A stretch of DNA of 64,000 nucleotides. Source: an uncultured delta proteobacterium (GTDB lineage Bacteria > Myxococcota > Myxococcia > Myxococcales > Anaeromyxobacteraceae). The notes under the pieces were generated by a model that saw only the letters and a list, made by a program, of their open reading frames with translations, was not told the origin of the DNA and ran no database searches. Each line of letters opens with the position of its first letter. Positions within the stretch are counted from its first letter, which is position 1. The position numbers and the translations under genes were made by a program. Positions 1 to 9,314 of this stretch are shown one piece after another. The DNA is taken from positions 42,752-106,751 of the forward strand of contig CAWJSR010000050.1 of assembly GCA_963845515.1 (NCBI GenBank), given 5' to 3'.

Positions 1-744
1 GTACGCGCTGCGCGACGTGGTGGGCGGCGTGACGCGCCGGACGGGACTCGTCGGGCGCGAGATGACCACCGCCTGCGTCGACGTCGGGCGAAGCGTCCGG
101 GGATCGATGGCCGGCCGGGCTGGCACGGCCGGCGTCACCGGTCCGGCCGCGGCAGGCGCATGCGGCCCGGCGGCCAGCGGCGCGTGGGGCGCGGCAGGGG
201 CGTGCGGCGCAGCAGGGGCGTGCGGCACGGCGGCGTGCGCCGGAGGCGCGACCGGGGCGTGCGGCGCTGGCGCCGGCGGGGCGCCGAGTGCCGGAGCGGC
301 CGGGGTTGCCGGGACGGCCGCCTGCTCGGCCTCGGGGCTCGCGCCCACCGGCTCGGCGGCGGGCGCGGCTGCCTCTGCCTCCGCCACGACCTCCTGGGGA
401 GGCGCCTCTTCCTGCGGGGGCTGCTCGGCCTCGACGGCTGGCGGCTCCTCTTCGACGGGCGCGGCGGCCACGGGGGCCGGGGCCGGCTCGGGCGTCGGCT
501 CGACATGGGCCTTCTTGCGGACGACGAAGCCGGGGCCGGCCGAACGGACCGGAGCCGCCTTCGGCTTGCGCTCGCCCAGGATCTTCTCGAACGCGGACTG
601 AGCCTGATCGTCGTCGAGCGACGAGGAGTGGCTCTTCACGTCGAACCCGAACTGGTGGAGCTTGTCGACGAGCTCCTGGTTCGAGAGCTCGATCCCGTGC
701 TCCTTGAGCTGCTTTGCCAGCTCGTGGACCCGCTTCTTGGACAT
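1..744 (-). CDS. infB: Translation initiation factor IF-2, N-terminal part (runs off the window)
   Basis: Hand translation from ATG 744: MSKKRVHELAKQLKEHGIELSNQELVDKL...DVKSHSSSL (IF2_N motif), followed by a Pro/Ala-rich linker. AGGAG RBS at 753-757. Lies downstream of nusA-ylxR. Confidence 0.93.
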   Translation of the reverse strand, partial: MSKKRVHELAKQLKEHGIELSNQELVDKLHQFGFDVKSHSSSLDDDQAQSAFEKILGERKPKAAPVRSAGPGFVVRKKAHVEPTPEPAPAPVAAAPVEEEPPAVEAEQPPQEEAPPQEVVAEAEAAAPAAEPVGASPEAEQAAVPATPAAPALGAPPAPAPHAPVAPPAHAAVPHAPAAPHAPAAPHAPLAAGPHAPAAAGPVTPAVPARPAIDPRTLRPTSTQAVVISRPTSPVRRVTPPTTSRSAY

Positions 745-755
745 TGCGCCGACTC

Positions 756-1015
756 CTAATCCCTATCGCTACGATCCGTCAACTGCACCCGAAGCGCCGC
801 CTCGTCCACCTCTACGGCTCCGCGGAAGGCCCTCGCGAAGGCCCGCCGCTTCACCGCCTGCGCCAGGCACCTCTGGGCGGGGTGCAACCATGCCCCCCGC
901 CCTCCACCGGTGCCGCGCGCATCCAACACCACCCGCGCTCCGTCCAACCTCAACCGCGCCAGCGAACCCGGGTCGGCGGCTTCACCGCAGCCGACGCACG
1001 TGCGCTGGGGCCGCC

Positions 1016-1019
<4 letters not shown>
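756..1019 (-). CDS. ylxR: YlxR/DUF448 family RNA-binding protein
   Basis: C-terminal part of ORF 756..2324: PQRTCVGC...[27 protein letters not shown] start overlaps the nusA stop (GTGA). Confidence 0.9.
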
Positions 1020-2686
<1,667 letters not shown>

Positions 2687-2689
2687 GGT

Positions 2690-3205
2690 TCAGTCCTTCC
2701 TTCGAAGGTCCGCCTCGAAGTCGTACTCGAGGTTGGCCTTCGCGATCTGATCGTGCGGAATCCGGTGCAGCACGCCATCAACCTCGATGGCGACCTTCCC
2801 GTCTTCGAAACCCTTGAGAATCCCGGTCCAGTTCTTGCGCCCCGGCGAGCCGGGCGCGGTCGCATCGACGGGGCCGTAGCTCTTCACGTGGATGCGCTGG
2901 CCGGCGAAGCGCTCGAAGTCGGCCGGCTTGCGGAGCGGCCGATCGACCCCCGGGGAGGAGACCTCCAGGTCGTAGCCCTGGGTGATGAAGTCTTCGACGT
3001 CGAGGACGGTGTCGAGGGTCTGGGAGACGGCCTGACAGTCCTCCAGGTTCACCCCCCCCTCCTTGTCGATGAACACTCGCAGGGTCCAGCGCCCGGGGGC
3101 GCGGGTCCACTCCACCTCGACGAGCTCGTACCCGTCCCGGGCCAGGATCGGCTCCAGGAGGGCGCGGGCGCGCGCGGGGATGGGTTGCTCTGCGACGCCG
3201 GCCAT
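2690..3205 (-). CDS. rimP: Ribosome maturation factor RimP
   Basis: LRVFIDK..GV.LEDC and YDLEVSSPGVDRPL motifs; upstream of nusA. Confidence 0.97.
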   Translation of the reverse strand: MAGVAEQPIPARARALLEPILARDGYELVEVEWTRAPGRWTLRVFIDKEGGVNLEDCQAVSQTLDTVLDVEDFITQGYDLEVSSPGVDRPLRKPADFERFAGQRIHVKSYGPVDATAPGSPGRKNWTGILKGFEDGKVAIEVDGVLHRIPHDQIAKANLEYDFEADLRRKD

Positions 3206-3220
3206 CTATTCCTCTTCAGA

Positions 3221-3257
3221 AAAATAAAAAAAGTGGGGCGCTCCAGCGGCCCACTTT
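3221..3257 (-). promoter_or_regulatory. rimP leader (attenuator-like hairpin with U tract)
   Basis: Minus strand AAAGTGGGCCGCTGGAGCGCCCCACTTTTTTT just 5' of rimP, matching the known rimP-leader pattern. Confidence 0.75.
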
Positions 3258-3295
3258 CGTGCCCGGTCGCCCGGGAACCTCGAAAATGTGCGCGT

Positions 3296-3324
3296 TTGTT
3301 AACAGAATGGGCCATCCCGGTCAA
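3296..3324 (-). promoter_or_regulatory. Candidate sigma70 promoter of the rimP operon
   Basis: Minus strand TTGACC-N17-TAACAA upstream of the leader hairpin. Confidence 0.5.
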
Positions 3325-3356
3325 GGTGACGGGGCGTACGGGGGGCCGTGGGGCCA

Positions 3357-3395
3357 CCCCTCTCCCCCACCGGGGGAGCGGGGCAGGCCGAGGGG
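3357..3395. repeat. REP-like palindrome
   Basis: CCCCTCTCCCCC-AC-CGGGGGAGCGGGG plus degenerate arm CAGGCCGAGGGG; same family as the copies at 4510, 9277 and 62360. Confidence 0.65.
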
Positions 3396-3406
3396 CGGTT
3401 CCCGGG

Positions 3407-3898
3407 TCAGAACACGAGCGCCAGGACGACCACGCCCATGAGGACGAAGGCGAGGGTGACCTTCACCACGCTCCCCAGGATGAAGCCGATGAACGCGCCG
3501 AAACCGGCCCTGAGCGCCCGGTCGAAGTCGGGATCGCGCAGGTACTCCAGCACGATCGCGCCCGCCATCGGGCCCAGCACGACCCCCAGCGGCCCGAGGG
3601 TGAGCCCGACGAGGAGCCCTAGCGCGGCTCCGAGGACTGCCCACTTCGAGGCGCCGAACGCCCGGGTCCCGAGGGCGGCGGCAGCGAAGTCGACCGCCCA
3701 GATCACGACGCCGATGGCCGCGCACGCGGCGACGGTCCACCCGGAGACCCGCGTGAACCCCTCCGCCCACGCGACCAGCAGGGCGCCGGCGACCAGGAGC
3801 GCGGACCCGGGCAGCACCGGAACGACGACGCCGACGGTTCCGACGACCAGGGCGATGGCGCCCAGCGCGTAGAGCAGGATCTCCATCCCTGGGGTCAT
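3407..3898 (-). CDS. DUF456 family membrane protein (start may be 3886)
   Basis: GVVVPVLPG, FGASKWAVLGA.LGLLVG, LGPMAGA..LE motifs; hydrophobic. Confidence 0.88.
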   Translation of the reverse strand: MTPGMEILLYALGAIALVVGTVGVVVPVLPGSALLVAGALLVAWAEGFTRVSGWTVAACAAIGVVIWAVDFAAAALGTRAFGASKWAVLGAALGLLVGLTLGPLGVVLGPMAGAIVLEYLRDPDFDRALRAGFGAFIGFILGSVVKVTLAFVLMGVVVLALVF

Positions 3899-4187
3899 CC
3901 TAACGCCCGCCGGCGCCGGCTCGCATCTTCACGGGTCACCTACGCGGCACCGCGGGGATGCACCTCTCCCCCGGCCGGGCGCTGACCATTCATCGCATCT
4001 CCGGCATCGGCTCCCCGCTGACCGCAAGCGGACACGACCCCATTTCCGCTGCCCGCACCCCGGTGGGCGTCGCGTGCATGCCCGCTGGCAGCGTCGCCGC
4101 GCCTGAAGCGGCTCTCGACCGGGGAGTGGGCGGCCGCCGTCTCGCTGCGGCAGGCGGCTTCCCGGCGCCCGCGGCTCGCGCTGCCGC

Positions 4188-5306
4188 TCATCCGTCCAAC
4201 CCGTTCCCTGGGCTCTGCCGTGGCTCTGAGCCCTGAGGCGCCCGCGTCGGGCGTCCAGCGAGCGTGTAACGATCCATCCACGCATCGCCGAAGTGCTGCC
4301 GGGCGGCGAGGAGATTGTGCAGCTGGCAGAGCACCCTGACTCCGGCGACGGTCGACTTCCCGCCGCGAGCGCGCGGGACGACGTGATCGAACTGGAGCCG
4401 GTGGGTCGAGCCGCAGATGCCGCCGCCGTCCAACGGCCACTGGCAGCACCCACCATCGCGGACCCAGACCTCCCGCTTCACGGCCGCGGGGATCGCGCTC
4501 GAGTCACGCTCCTCTCCCTCCGGCCGAAGGCTGGGGGGAGAGGACTCAGGTGAGGGGGGCTTCACTGCCTTTGGCCTCGCGCAGATCCCCTTCCGCTTCG
4601 CTGCCCGCTCGATGAGGAGATCGAGCCCGGCCTCGAGGATCGCCTCGGCGTCTGCGCCCGGGAGGGAGTGAGAGAGCGCATCGCGAGCGGCGTCGAGCTT
4701 CGCCATGAACCGCTTCGAGACGGTGACGTGGAGCCTGCGCAGGTCGGCGGTGAGCGGCTCGGCGACGGCTTGCGGAGGCGCAGCGGCCGGCGGCGCGAGC
4801 GCGAGTTCTACTGGACGAACTTCTGCGCTCGTTTGCCGCACGGGGCTCGGCCGAGCGACAGGGGGGAGCGTGCGGGCGAGCGCCGGCAGCGCCGTCACCA
4901 CCTCGCGCCGAGGCACGGCGACCTGGGGGCAGATCTCGGCCGCGACCGCCTTCGCCTCCTGCTTCGAGGCGTGGAAGAAGCGCGGCAGCACCTCGGTCCG
5001 GTTCCCCGGCGTGATCACCTTCGCCAGCTCGACGATGCTCGTGATGCACAGACGCCCATCGCGCAGCGGCTCGACCACCTCGGGGAAGCGCTGGATGAGC
5101 TCCGCCGCCGTCTTGCGGAAGTGGCTCGCCCCCTTCGACAGGCCGAGCTCCCGGTGCAGGAAGGTGAAGAGGCTGGAATGGCCCAGCTTCAGCCACAGGC
5201 GGCGGTCGTCGAAGCCGGCAAGGGCGACGAGGAAGTCGGCCATCGCGCCCTGCTCGCGACGGAGGAGACGGTGGAGGTGGGCGGCGAACTCTCGGGCGTT
5301 GTCCAT
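4188..5306 (-). CDS. HNH endonuclease domain protein with long helical N-terminal region
   Basis: C-terminal IPAAVKREVWVRDGGCCQW...CGS...LQFDHVVPRARGGKST...LCQLHN. Confidence 0.9.
   Translation of the reverse strand: MDNAREFAAHLHRLLRREQGAMADFLVALAGFDDRRLWLKLGHSSLFTFLHRELGLSKGASHFRKTAAELIQRFPEVVEPLRDGRLCITSIVELAKVITPGNRTEVLPRFFHASKQEAKAVAAEICPQVAVPRREVVTALPALARTLPPVARPSPVRQTSAEVRPVELALAPPAAAPPQAVAEPLTADLRRLHVTVSKRFMAKLDAARDALSHSLPGADAEAILEAGLDLLIERAAKRKGICARPKAVKPPSPESSPPSLRPEGEERDSSAIPAAVKREVWVRDGGCCQWPLDGGGICGSTHRLQFDHVVPRARGGKSTVAGVRVLCQLHNLLAARQHFGDAWMDRYTLAGRPTRAPQGSEPRQSPGNGLDG
4510..4559. repeat. REP-like palindrome in frame within the HNH gene
   Basis: Minus strand CCCCCTCACCTGAGTCCTCTCCCCCC...GAGGGAGAGGA, translated as PPSPESSPPSLRPEGEE. 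Confidence 0.75.
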
Positions 5307-5752
5307 GCACTCATGGTCTCACGCGTTTTCGACCCTTCCTGAAACGCACGCATTCGACGACTGGACCGAGCTCTCGGCAGGGAGCTTCTTCCTCCGCAGC
5401 CGAGCCTCCGCGCGAGCCGGAAGGCGAAGCGAAGAGGGCTCACGCGGGCTCTGGGGCGACCCGGCGCGGCGAGCAACGATCCAGGCGGGATCGCGTCAAT
5501 GCCTTTCCTCACCGTGAACCCATCTGGGACGCGTCCTTGCGCGCGCGTTGCCCGCCGCCTCGATGCGGTGACCACCGTCGAACGGCGGTGCACGACCGAA
5601 GACGACGGACATCGAGGTCGCGGCCGCCCACTCCCGCGTCGTTGCCGCTTCGAGCGCGATGACGCTGCCGCGTCGCGGGACCCGACAACGCCGCCTGCGC
5701 CTTGCTCGGGGACGTTCCCGCGACGTCCGCCTGAAAAAAGACTAATGGTCAG

Positions 5753-5785
5753 CGACGAATTTGGGGGAGAGGCTGGGTGAGGGGG
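5753..5785. repeat. Right half of the REP split by the 3982-5752 element (left half 3963-3981)
   Basis: GGGGGAGAGGCTGGGTGAGGGGG complements CCTCTCCCCC at 3963-3972. Confidence 0.7.
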
Positions 5786-5822
5786 CAAGCCCATCCCCCC
5801 CGGCCGTTCACCGGCCCCCGGC

Positions 5823-6034
5823 TCACGACCGGCCAGCCTTCTCGATCACGTCCGCGTCGACCAGGTCCTGCGGCCGGCCGCTCGCGCGCTTGTTGGCGAG
5901 GAGGTGCGTCCTGCCGATCACCGGCAGCGGCTGGCCGCCGTACTCCGTCACGAGCCGCGCAGGCCAGGCCTCCGCGAACTCCACGCCGTCTATGGAGGTG
6001 AGCAGGTCGATCCGGTTCGGTGGCAGCCCCATCG
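5823..6034 (-). pseudogene. C-terminal fragment of a DUF6036-like nucleotidyltransferase
   Basis: MGLPPNRIDLLTSIDGVEF..AW...LLANKRASGRPQDLVD; the N-terminal GGYA motif region is absent upstream. Confidence 0.75.
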
Positions 6035-6137
6035 ATTCCGTGGTTCGGAGCCAACGGGCGCGACCAGCGACCTCGGCGAGCATCCGGACGATGTCGGTCT
6101 CGATCTTCGCGCGAGGTTGCGGCGCATCGCCCTCGGG

Positions 6138-6443
6138 TCAGATCCCCCGGGAAGGACGGGCGTCGCTCCGCGGTGCGACCGAACGTGGCCGACCTGCACG
6201 TGGGCGCGCAGCCAGGCGCTTCGCCTCCCGAAACAGGCTCGCGACCGTCACGCCGAGGGCGTCCGCGATCGCGACTACCGCCGGGATTGAGCAAGCCGAT
6301 CCCGCCTCCAACCGCTGCACCGACCTGGGTTCCAACCCGACGACCTCCGCAAGCCGGGCCTGGGTCATGCGTCGTCGTGTCCGTGCGCGGCGTACGTTAG
6401 CGCCGAGATGACGCCGGACCTGAGAGACGCGTTCGCTTCGCAC
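6138..6443 (-). CDS. XRE family helix-turn-helix regulator
   Basis: LGANVRRAR...MTQARLAEVVGL....VQRLEAG.....IADALGVTVASLF. Confidence 0.85.
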   Translation of the reverse strand: MRSERVSQVRRHLGANVRRARTRRRMTQARLAEVVGLEPRSVQRLEAGSACSIPAVVAIADALGVTVASLFREAKRLAARPRAGRPRSVAPRSDARPSRGI

Positions 6444-6569
6444 CGACCCGAGCGTGTCGCGGATCGTTTCGGACTAATACGACGTGGTGTGTCGTGTTAC
6501 GCTGCACCTGGGTTCGGCAACCGCGGTGCATCACCAGCAGTGCGGACGCCGAGTGAAAGGGGTATCACC

Positions 6570-7184
6570 ATGACAATTACTGGACGGCTGGCGGCGCTTT
6601 CCCTGATCGCGGCGCCGCTGTGCGCCAACGCACAGGAGATGGCGGAATCGGGGAAGGCGTACCTCGCAGTGAAACTGGGCGCCGTCTTCCCAAAGCATGA
6701 GGACCTGAAGGGCTTCGACAACGGATTCGCCCTGGAAGCCGCCGCGGGATACCGCGCCAACGAGAACCTGGCACTGGAGGTGTCGGTCGGTCGCTTCAGC
6801 ATCAGCCGATCAGGCACCTACTACGATGCGTACTACGGCGTCTTTTACACGGAGACCGTGGACGACACCGCGATCCCGATCATGGTGACCGCGAAGGCCA
6901 TTTTCCAGGTCGAGAAGCTCGAGCTCTACGGGCTCGCAGGCGGTGGCCTGTACCTGATTTCGTCGCATGTCGAGGACAAGGCGGCGGGCTACGCGCCGTT
7001 CACCGCCTCCGACTCGAGCAGCGCGTTCGGCTTCCACATCGGAGCGGGGGCGTCTCTGAGATTCTCCCCGCGGGCATCCATTGGGGCCGAAGCGAAGTAC
7101 GCTATCGGAACGGTCAACATCTGGGACGTCGACCAACACTTCGACAGCATCATTGTCGCGGGCACGCTGACGTACTCACCGTGA
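6570..7184 (+). CDS. Outer membrane beta-barrel protein (OmpA/OmpW-like)
   Basis: AAGGGG RBS, signal peptide ending ANA-Q, amphipathic strands (AAGYR, LALEVS, YGLAGGGLY, FGFHIGAGA). Confidence 0.85.
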   Translation: MTITGRLAALSLIAAPLCANAQEMAESGKAYLAVKLGAVFPKHEDLKGFDNGFALEAAAGYRANENLALEVSVGRFSISRSGTYYDAYYGVFYTETVDDTAIPIMVTAKAIFQVEKLELYGLAGGGLYLISSHVEDKAAGYAPFTASDSSSAFGFHIGAGASLRFSPRASIGAEAKYAIGTVNIWDVDQHFDSIIVAGTLTYSP

Positions 7185-7224
7185 GTCCCACTGCCGAGCA
7201 GGCGAGGCGCCGTGCCCGCGACCA

Positions 7225-7256
7225 CCGTGGGTATCGCGCCCCGCTCGATCGGCGAT
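7225..7256 (+). repeat. 32-bp direct repeat, copy 1
   Basis: CCGTGGGTATCGCGCCCCGCTCGATCGGCGAT, 31/32 identical to 8010-8041. Confidence 0.9.
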
Positions 7257-7286
7257 GTGGCGGCGGGACCGCCTGGGTCTGGCCGT

Positions 7287-7925
7287 CTACTTCTTCACGA
7301 GCCCGTCGGCTGCGAGCCGGGCGGCCGCCTCGCTGGCGAGCGAGTACATCAGCGTGTCCCAGCGCGCGAAGGCGTTCCCGCGGGTCAGCGACGTGCCCAG
7401 CCAGGCCGTGCTGCCCGTGGCAACGTCCACGAGCCTCACCTCGAACCGCACGCGGGGCTTGTTGATGTAGTAGCCCGGGTTCTGCCGGGTAGTCGCCGTC
7501 CAGTTCACGGTGCCCGTCGTGGTCCCGCCGTGGCTGGTGGCCGTCCCGTAGCCCGTGCCGGTGGTCGTTGTGCTGCCCGGCACGTACGTCGAGAACACGG
7601 AGGCGTCGGTCAACGTAACGAACAGCACGCCGTTCGCGCCGGACGCCTGCAGCGCGGCGTTGATGTCCTCGTTCGAGTAATCCCGCGTCGGGGGCAGGAC
7701 CGTCATCGCCGGCATGGCCTGCGCCCCGCGCGCCTGTAGGGCGGCGACGAAGCTGTTCTCCGCGTTGGCCTTCTTCTCTAAGTCGGTGAACGGCGCCACG
7801 ACGACGATGCGCCGGAACGCCCTGCTCTGGAACGCCGGGTCGCGCACCGAGGTCATGGAGGTGATGGCACAGCCCGCGAGAAGCACGAGCGCAATCACTA
7901 CCGCCCATGGTCCCATCGTCTTCAT
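7287..7925 (-). CDS. Hypothetical lipoprotein with Thr/Gly-rich insert
   Basis: Lipobox LLAGC; coding-like composition; flanked by the 32-bp direct repeats. Confidence 0.8.
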   Translation of the reverse strand: MKTMGPWAVVIALVLLAGCAITSMTSVRDPAFQSRAFRRIVVVAPFTDLEKKANAENSFVAALQARGAQAMPAMTVLPPTRDYSNEDINAALQASGANGVLFVTLTDASVFSTYVPGSTTTTGTGYGTATSHGGTTTGTVNWTATTRQNPGYYINKPRVRFEVRLVDVATGSTAWLGTSLTRGNAFARWDTLMYSLASEAAARLAADGLVKK

Positions 7926-8009
7926 GGGGACCTCCCATTTTGCGCCAAGTGTAGACCTCTCGGCGCGCCCGCCGGAAGCCCACGAGCTAGAAGGCGGAGC
8001 GCGGCCGCC

Positions 8010-8058
8010 CCGTGGGTATCGCGCCCCGCTCGACCGGCGATTCGGTGTGGCCGGTCAC
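8010..8058 (+). repeat. Direct repeat copy 2, extending into a degenerate copy of the tlyA 3' region
   Basis: 8010-8041 matches 7225-7256; 8029-8058 matches tlyA 8576-8605 at 25/30. Confidence 0.8.
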
Positions 8059-8066
8059 GTCTGATC

Positions 8067-8250
8067 TCAGCGTGAGGGGGTCCCGCCCGAGCGTTCGATG
8101 GCGTCCGCGTCGACGAGATCCTGCGGCCGTCCGCTGGTGAAGCGCGGGGCCGCGTGAAACCGCGAGCGCGTAACCGCCGACGAGCAGGTACTCAGCGCCC
8201 GCGCCGTTCAAGGCGGCAAACAGATCTTTGAAGTCCGGATTGACCGGCAT
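8067..8250 (-). pseudogene. Internally deleted, frameshifted DUF6036-like nucleotidyltransferase
   Basis: MPVNPDFKDLFAALN..GAEYLLVGGYALA, then a +1 shift to FHAAPRFT joined directly to the C-terminal SGRPQDLVDADAIE. Confidence 0.8.
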
Positions 8251-8413
8251 CGGGCTCCCGCCAGGCCTGGTATTCGAGCACCAGCTCCCACACCATCTCG
8301 AGCCGCCGCGCCGGTGGAACGGTGGCCCAGAACTCCCGGTCGAACTCACCGTCGTCATCGTGGAGACCGACGATGCGGCTCGTCCCGTGGCTCCTGGCGT
8401 CGCGCGCGCTCAC
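8192..8413 (-). CDS. Small hypothetical protein, probable partner of the nucleotidyltransferase
   Basis: 73 aa with D.EFW...PP.RRL..VWEL pattern; overlaps the start of the nucleotidyltransferase remnant. Confidence 0.65.
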   Translation of the reverse strand: MSARDARSHGTSRIVGLHDDDGEFDREFWATVPPARRLEMVWELVLEYQAWREPDAGQSGLQRSVCRLERRGR

Positions 8414-8461
8414 TCTTGCATCATATATCGGCCTATGCAGCGGGCGGGCGCCCCACCCCCG

Positions 8462-8517
8462 GCTTCACTAAATCGCACTGCTTTACGCCAGCGTGAAGCT
8501 TGGGTGTTTAGTGAAGC
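8462..8517. repeat. 56-bp imperfect hairpin with 11-bp perfect terminal inverted repeat
   Basis: GCTTCACTAAA...TTTAGTGAAGC enclosing GCTTTACGC-CA-GCGTGAAGC. Confidence 0.8.
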
Positions 8518-8527
8518 AGGCGCCTGC

Positions 8528-9268
8528 CTACCGCAACCTCAACCCCAGCAGCCACTCCCGGTTCCCCGCCGGCCCCTCGATCGGCGACTCGGCGTGGCCG
8601 AGCACCTCGAAGCCGAGCCCCACCGCAAACGCGGCCACCGCGTCGAGGGCAGCGCGGCGCTTGGCGTCGTCGCGGACGACGCCCCCCTTGCCGACCTCCC
8701 CCTTCCCTACCTCGAACTGGGGCTTCACGAGGAGGGCCGCCTGCCCGCCCGGCTTCAGGATGGCCTTGACGGCCGGGAGGATGAGCTTGAGCGAGATGAA
8801 GGACAGGTCCCCGACGACGACGTCGACCTGCTCGCCGAGGGCTTCGGCGGTCAGGTTGCGGGCGTTCTCGCGCTCGCGGACCACTACGCGCGGGTCGCTG
8901 CGCAGCTTCGCGTGGAGCTGGCCGTAGCCGACGTCCACCGCGTAGACCTTCACTGCGCCGCGCTGCAGCAGCAGGTCGGTGAAGCCACCGGTCGACGCGC
9001 CGAGGTCGGCGCAGGTCTTGCCGGCGGGCTCGATCGGGAACACCTCCAGCGCCTTCTCGAGCTTGAGCGCGCCGCGGGAGACGTACTTCTGCGGCGCCGA
9101 GTCCTCCTTGAGCCTGAGCTCGACGGCCGGATCCACGAGCTGACCAGGCTTGTCGATCCGCGTCTCGCCGGCGACGACCGCGCCGGCCATCACCAGCGCC
9201 TGCGCCCGCGTGCGGGAGTCGGCGAGTCCGCGCTCGACGAGGAGAAGATCGATCCGCTGGCGCTTCAA
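8528..9268 (-). CDS. tlyA: TlyA family rRNA 2'-O-methyltransferase
   Basis: TTG start; S4 domain RIDLLLVERGL..SR; YVSRGALKL, DLGASTGGFTD, LVKPQFE, SPIEGPAGNREW; follows dxs. Confidence 0.96.
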   Translation of the reverse strand: MKRQRIDLLLVERGLADSRTRAQALVMAGAVVAGETRIDKPGQLVDPAVELRLKEDSAPQKYVSRGALKLEKALEVFPIEPAGKTCADLGASTGGFTDLLLQRGAVKVYAVDVGYGQLHAKLRSDPRVVVRERENARNLTAEALGEQVDVVVGDLSFISLKLILPAVKAILKPGGQAALLVKPQFEVGKGEVGKGGVVRDDAKRRAALDAVAAFAVGLGFEVLGHAESPIEGPAGNREWLLGLRLR

Positions 9269-9276
9269 GGCCCGCT

Positions 9277-9314
9277 CCCTCACCCTGCCCTCTCCCCCGG
9301 TGGGGGAGAGGGGG
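9277..9314. repeat. REP-like palindrome between dxs and tlyA
   Basis: CCCTCACCCTGCCCTCTCCCCC-GGT-GGGGGAGAGGG. Confidence 0.85.

Larger units (their letters stand above)
3982..5752. mobile_element. Putative non-autonomous IS4-ended element carrying an HNH endonuclease gene
   Basis: Left end CTGACCATTCATCGCATCTCCGGC (3982). Right end reverse complement CTGACCATTAGTCTTTTTTCAGGC (5752). Both resemble the ends of the IS4 element at 60801-62463. Flanked by the two halves of a REP palindrome. No transposase and no clear target duplication. Confidence 0.65.

Noticed and set aside
130..500. Short GC-rich tandem repeats
   Set aside because: They encode the Pro/Ala-rich linker of IF-2 and are not an array.
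4188..5306. HNH protein as IscB, Cas9 or a group II intron protein
   Set aside because: No PLMP motif, split RuvC motifs or RT domain is visible, and there is no CRISPR array nearby.
5823..8517. Integron cassette array
   Set aside because: No integrase in the window, the repeats lack RYYYAAC/GTTRRRY ends, and gene orientations are mixed.
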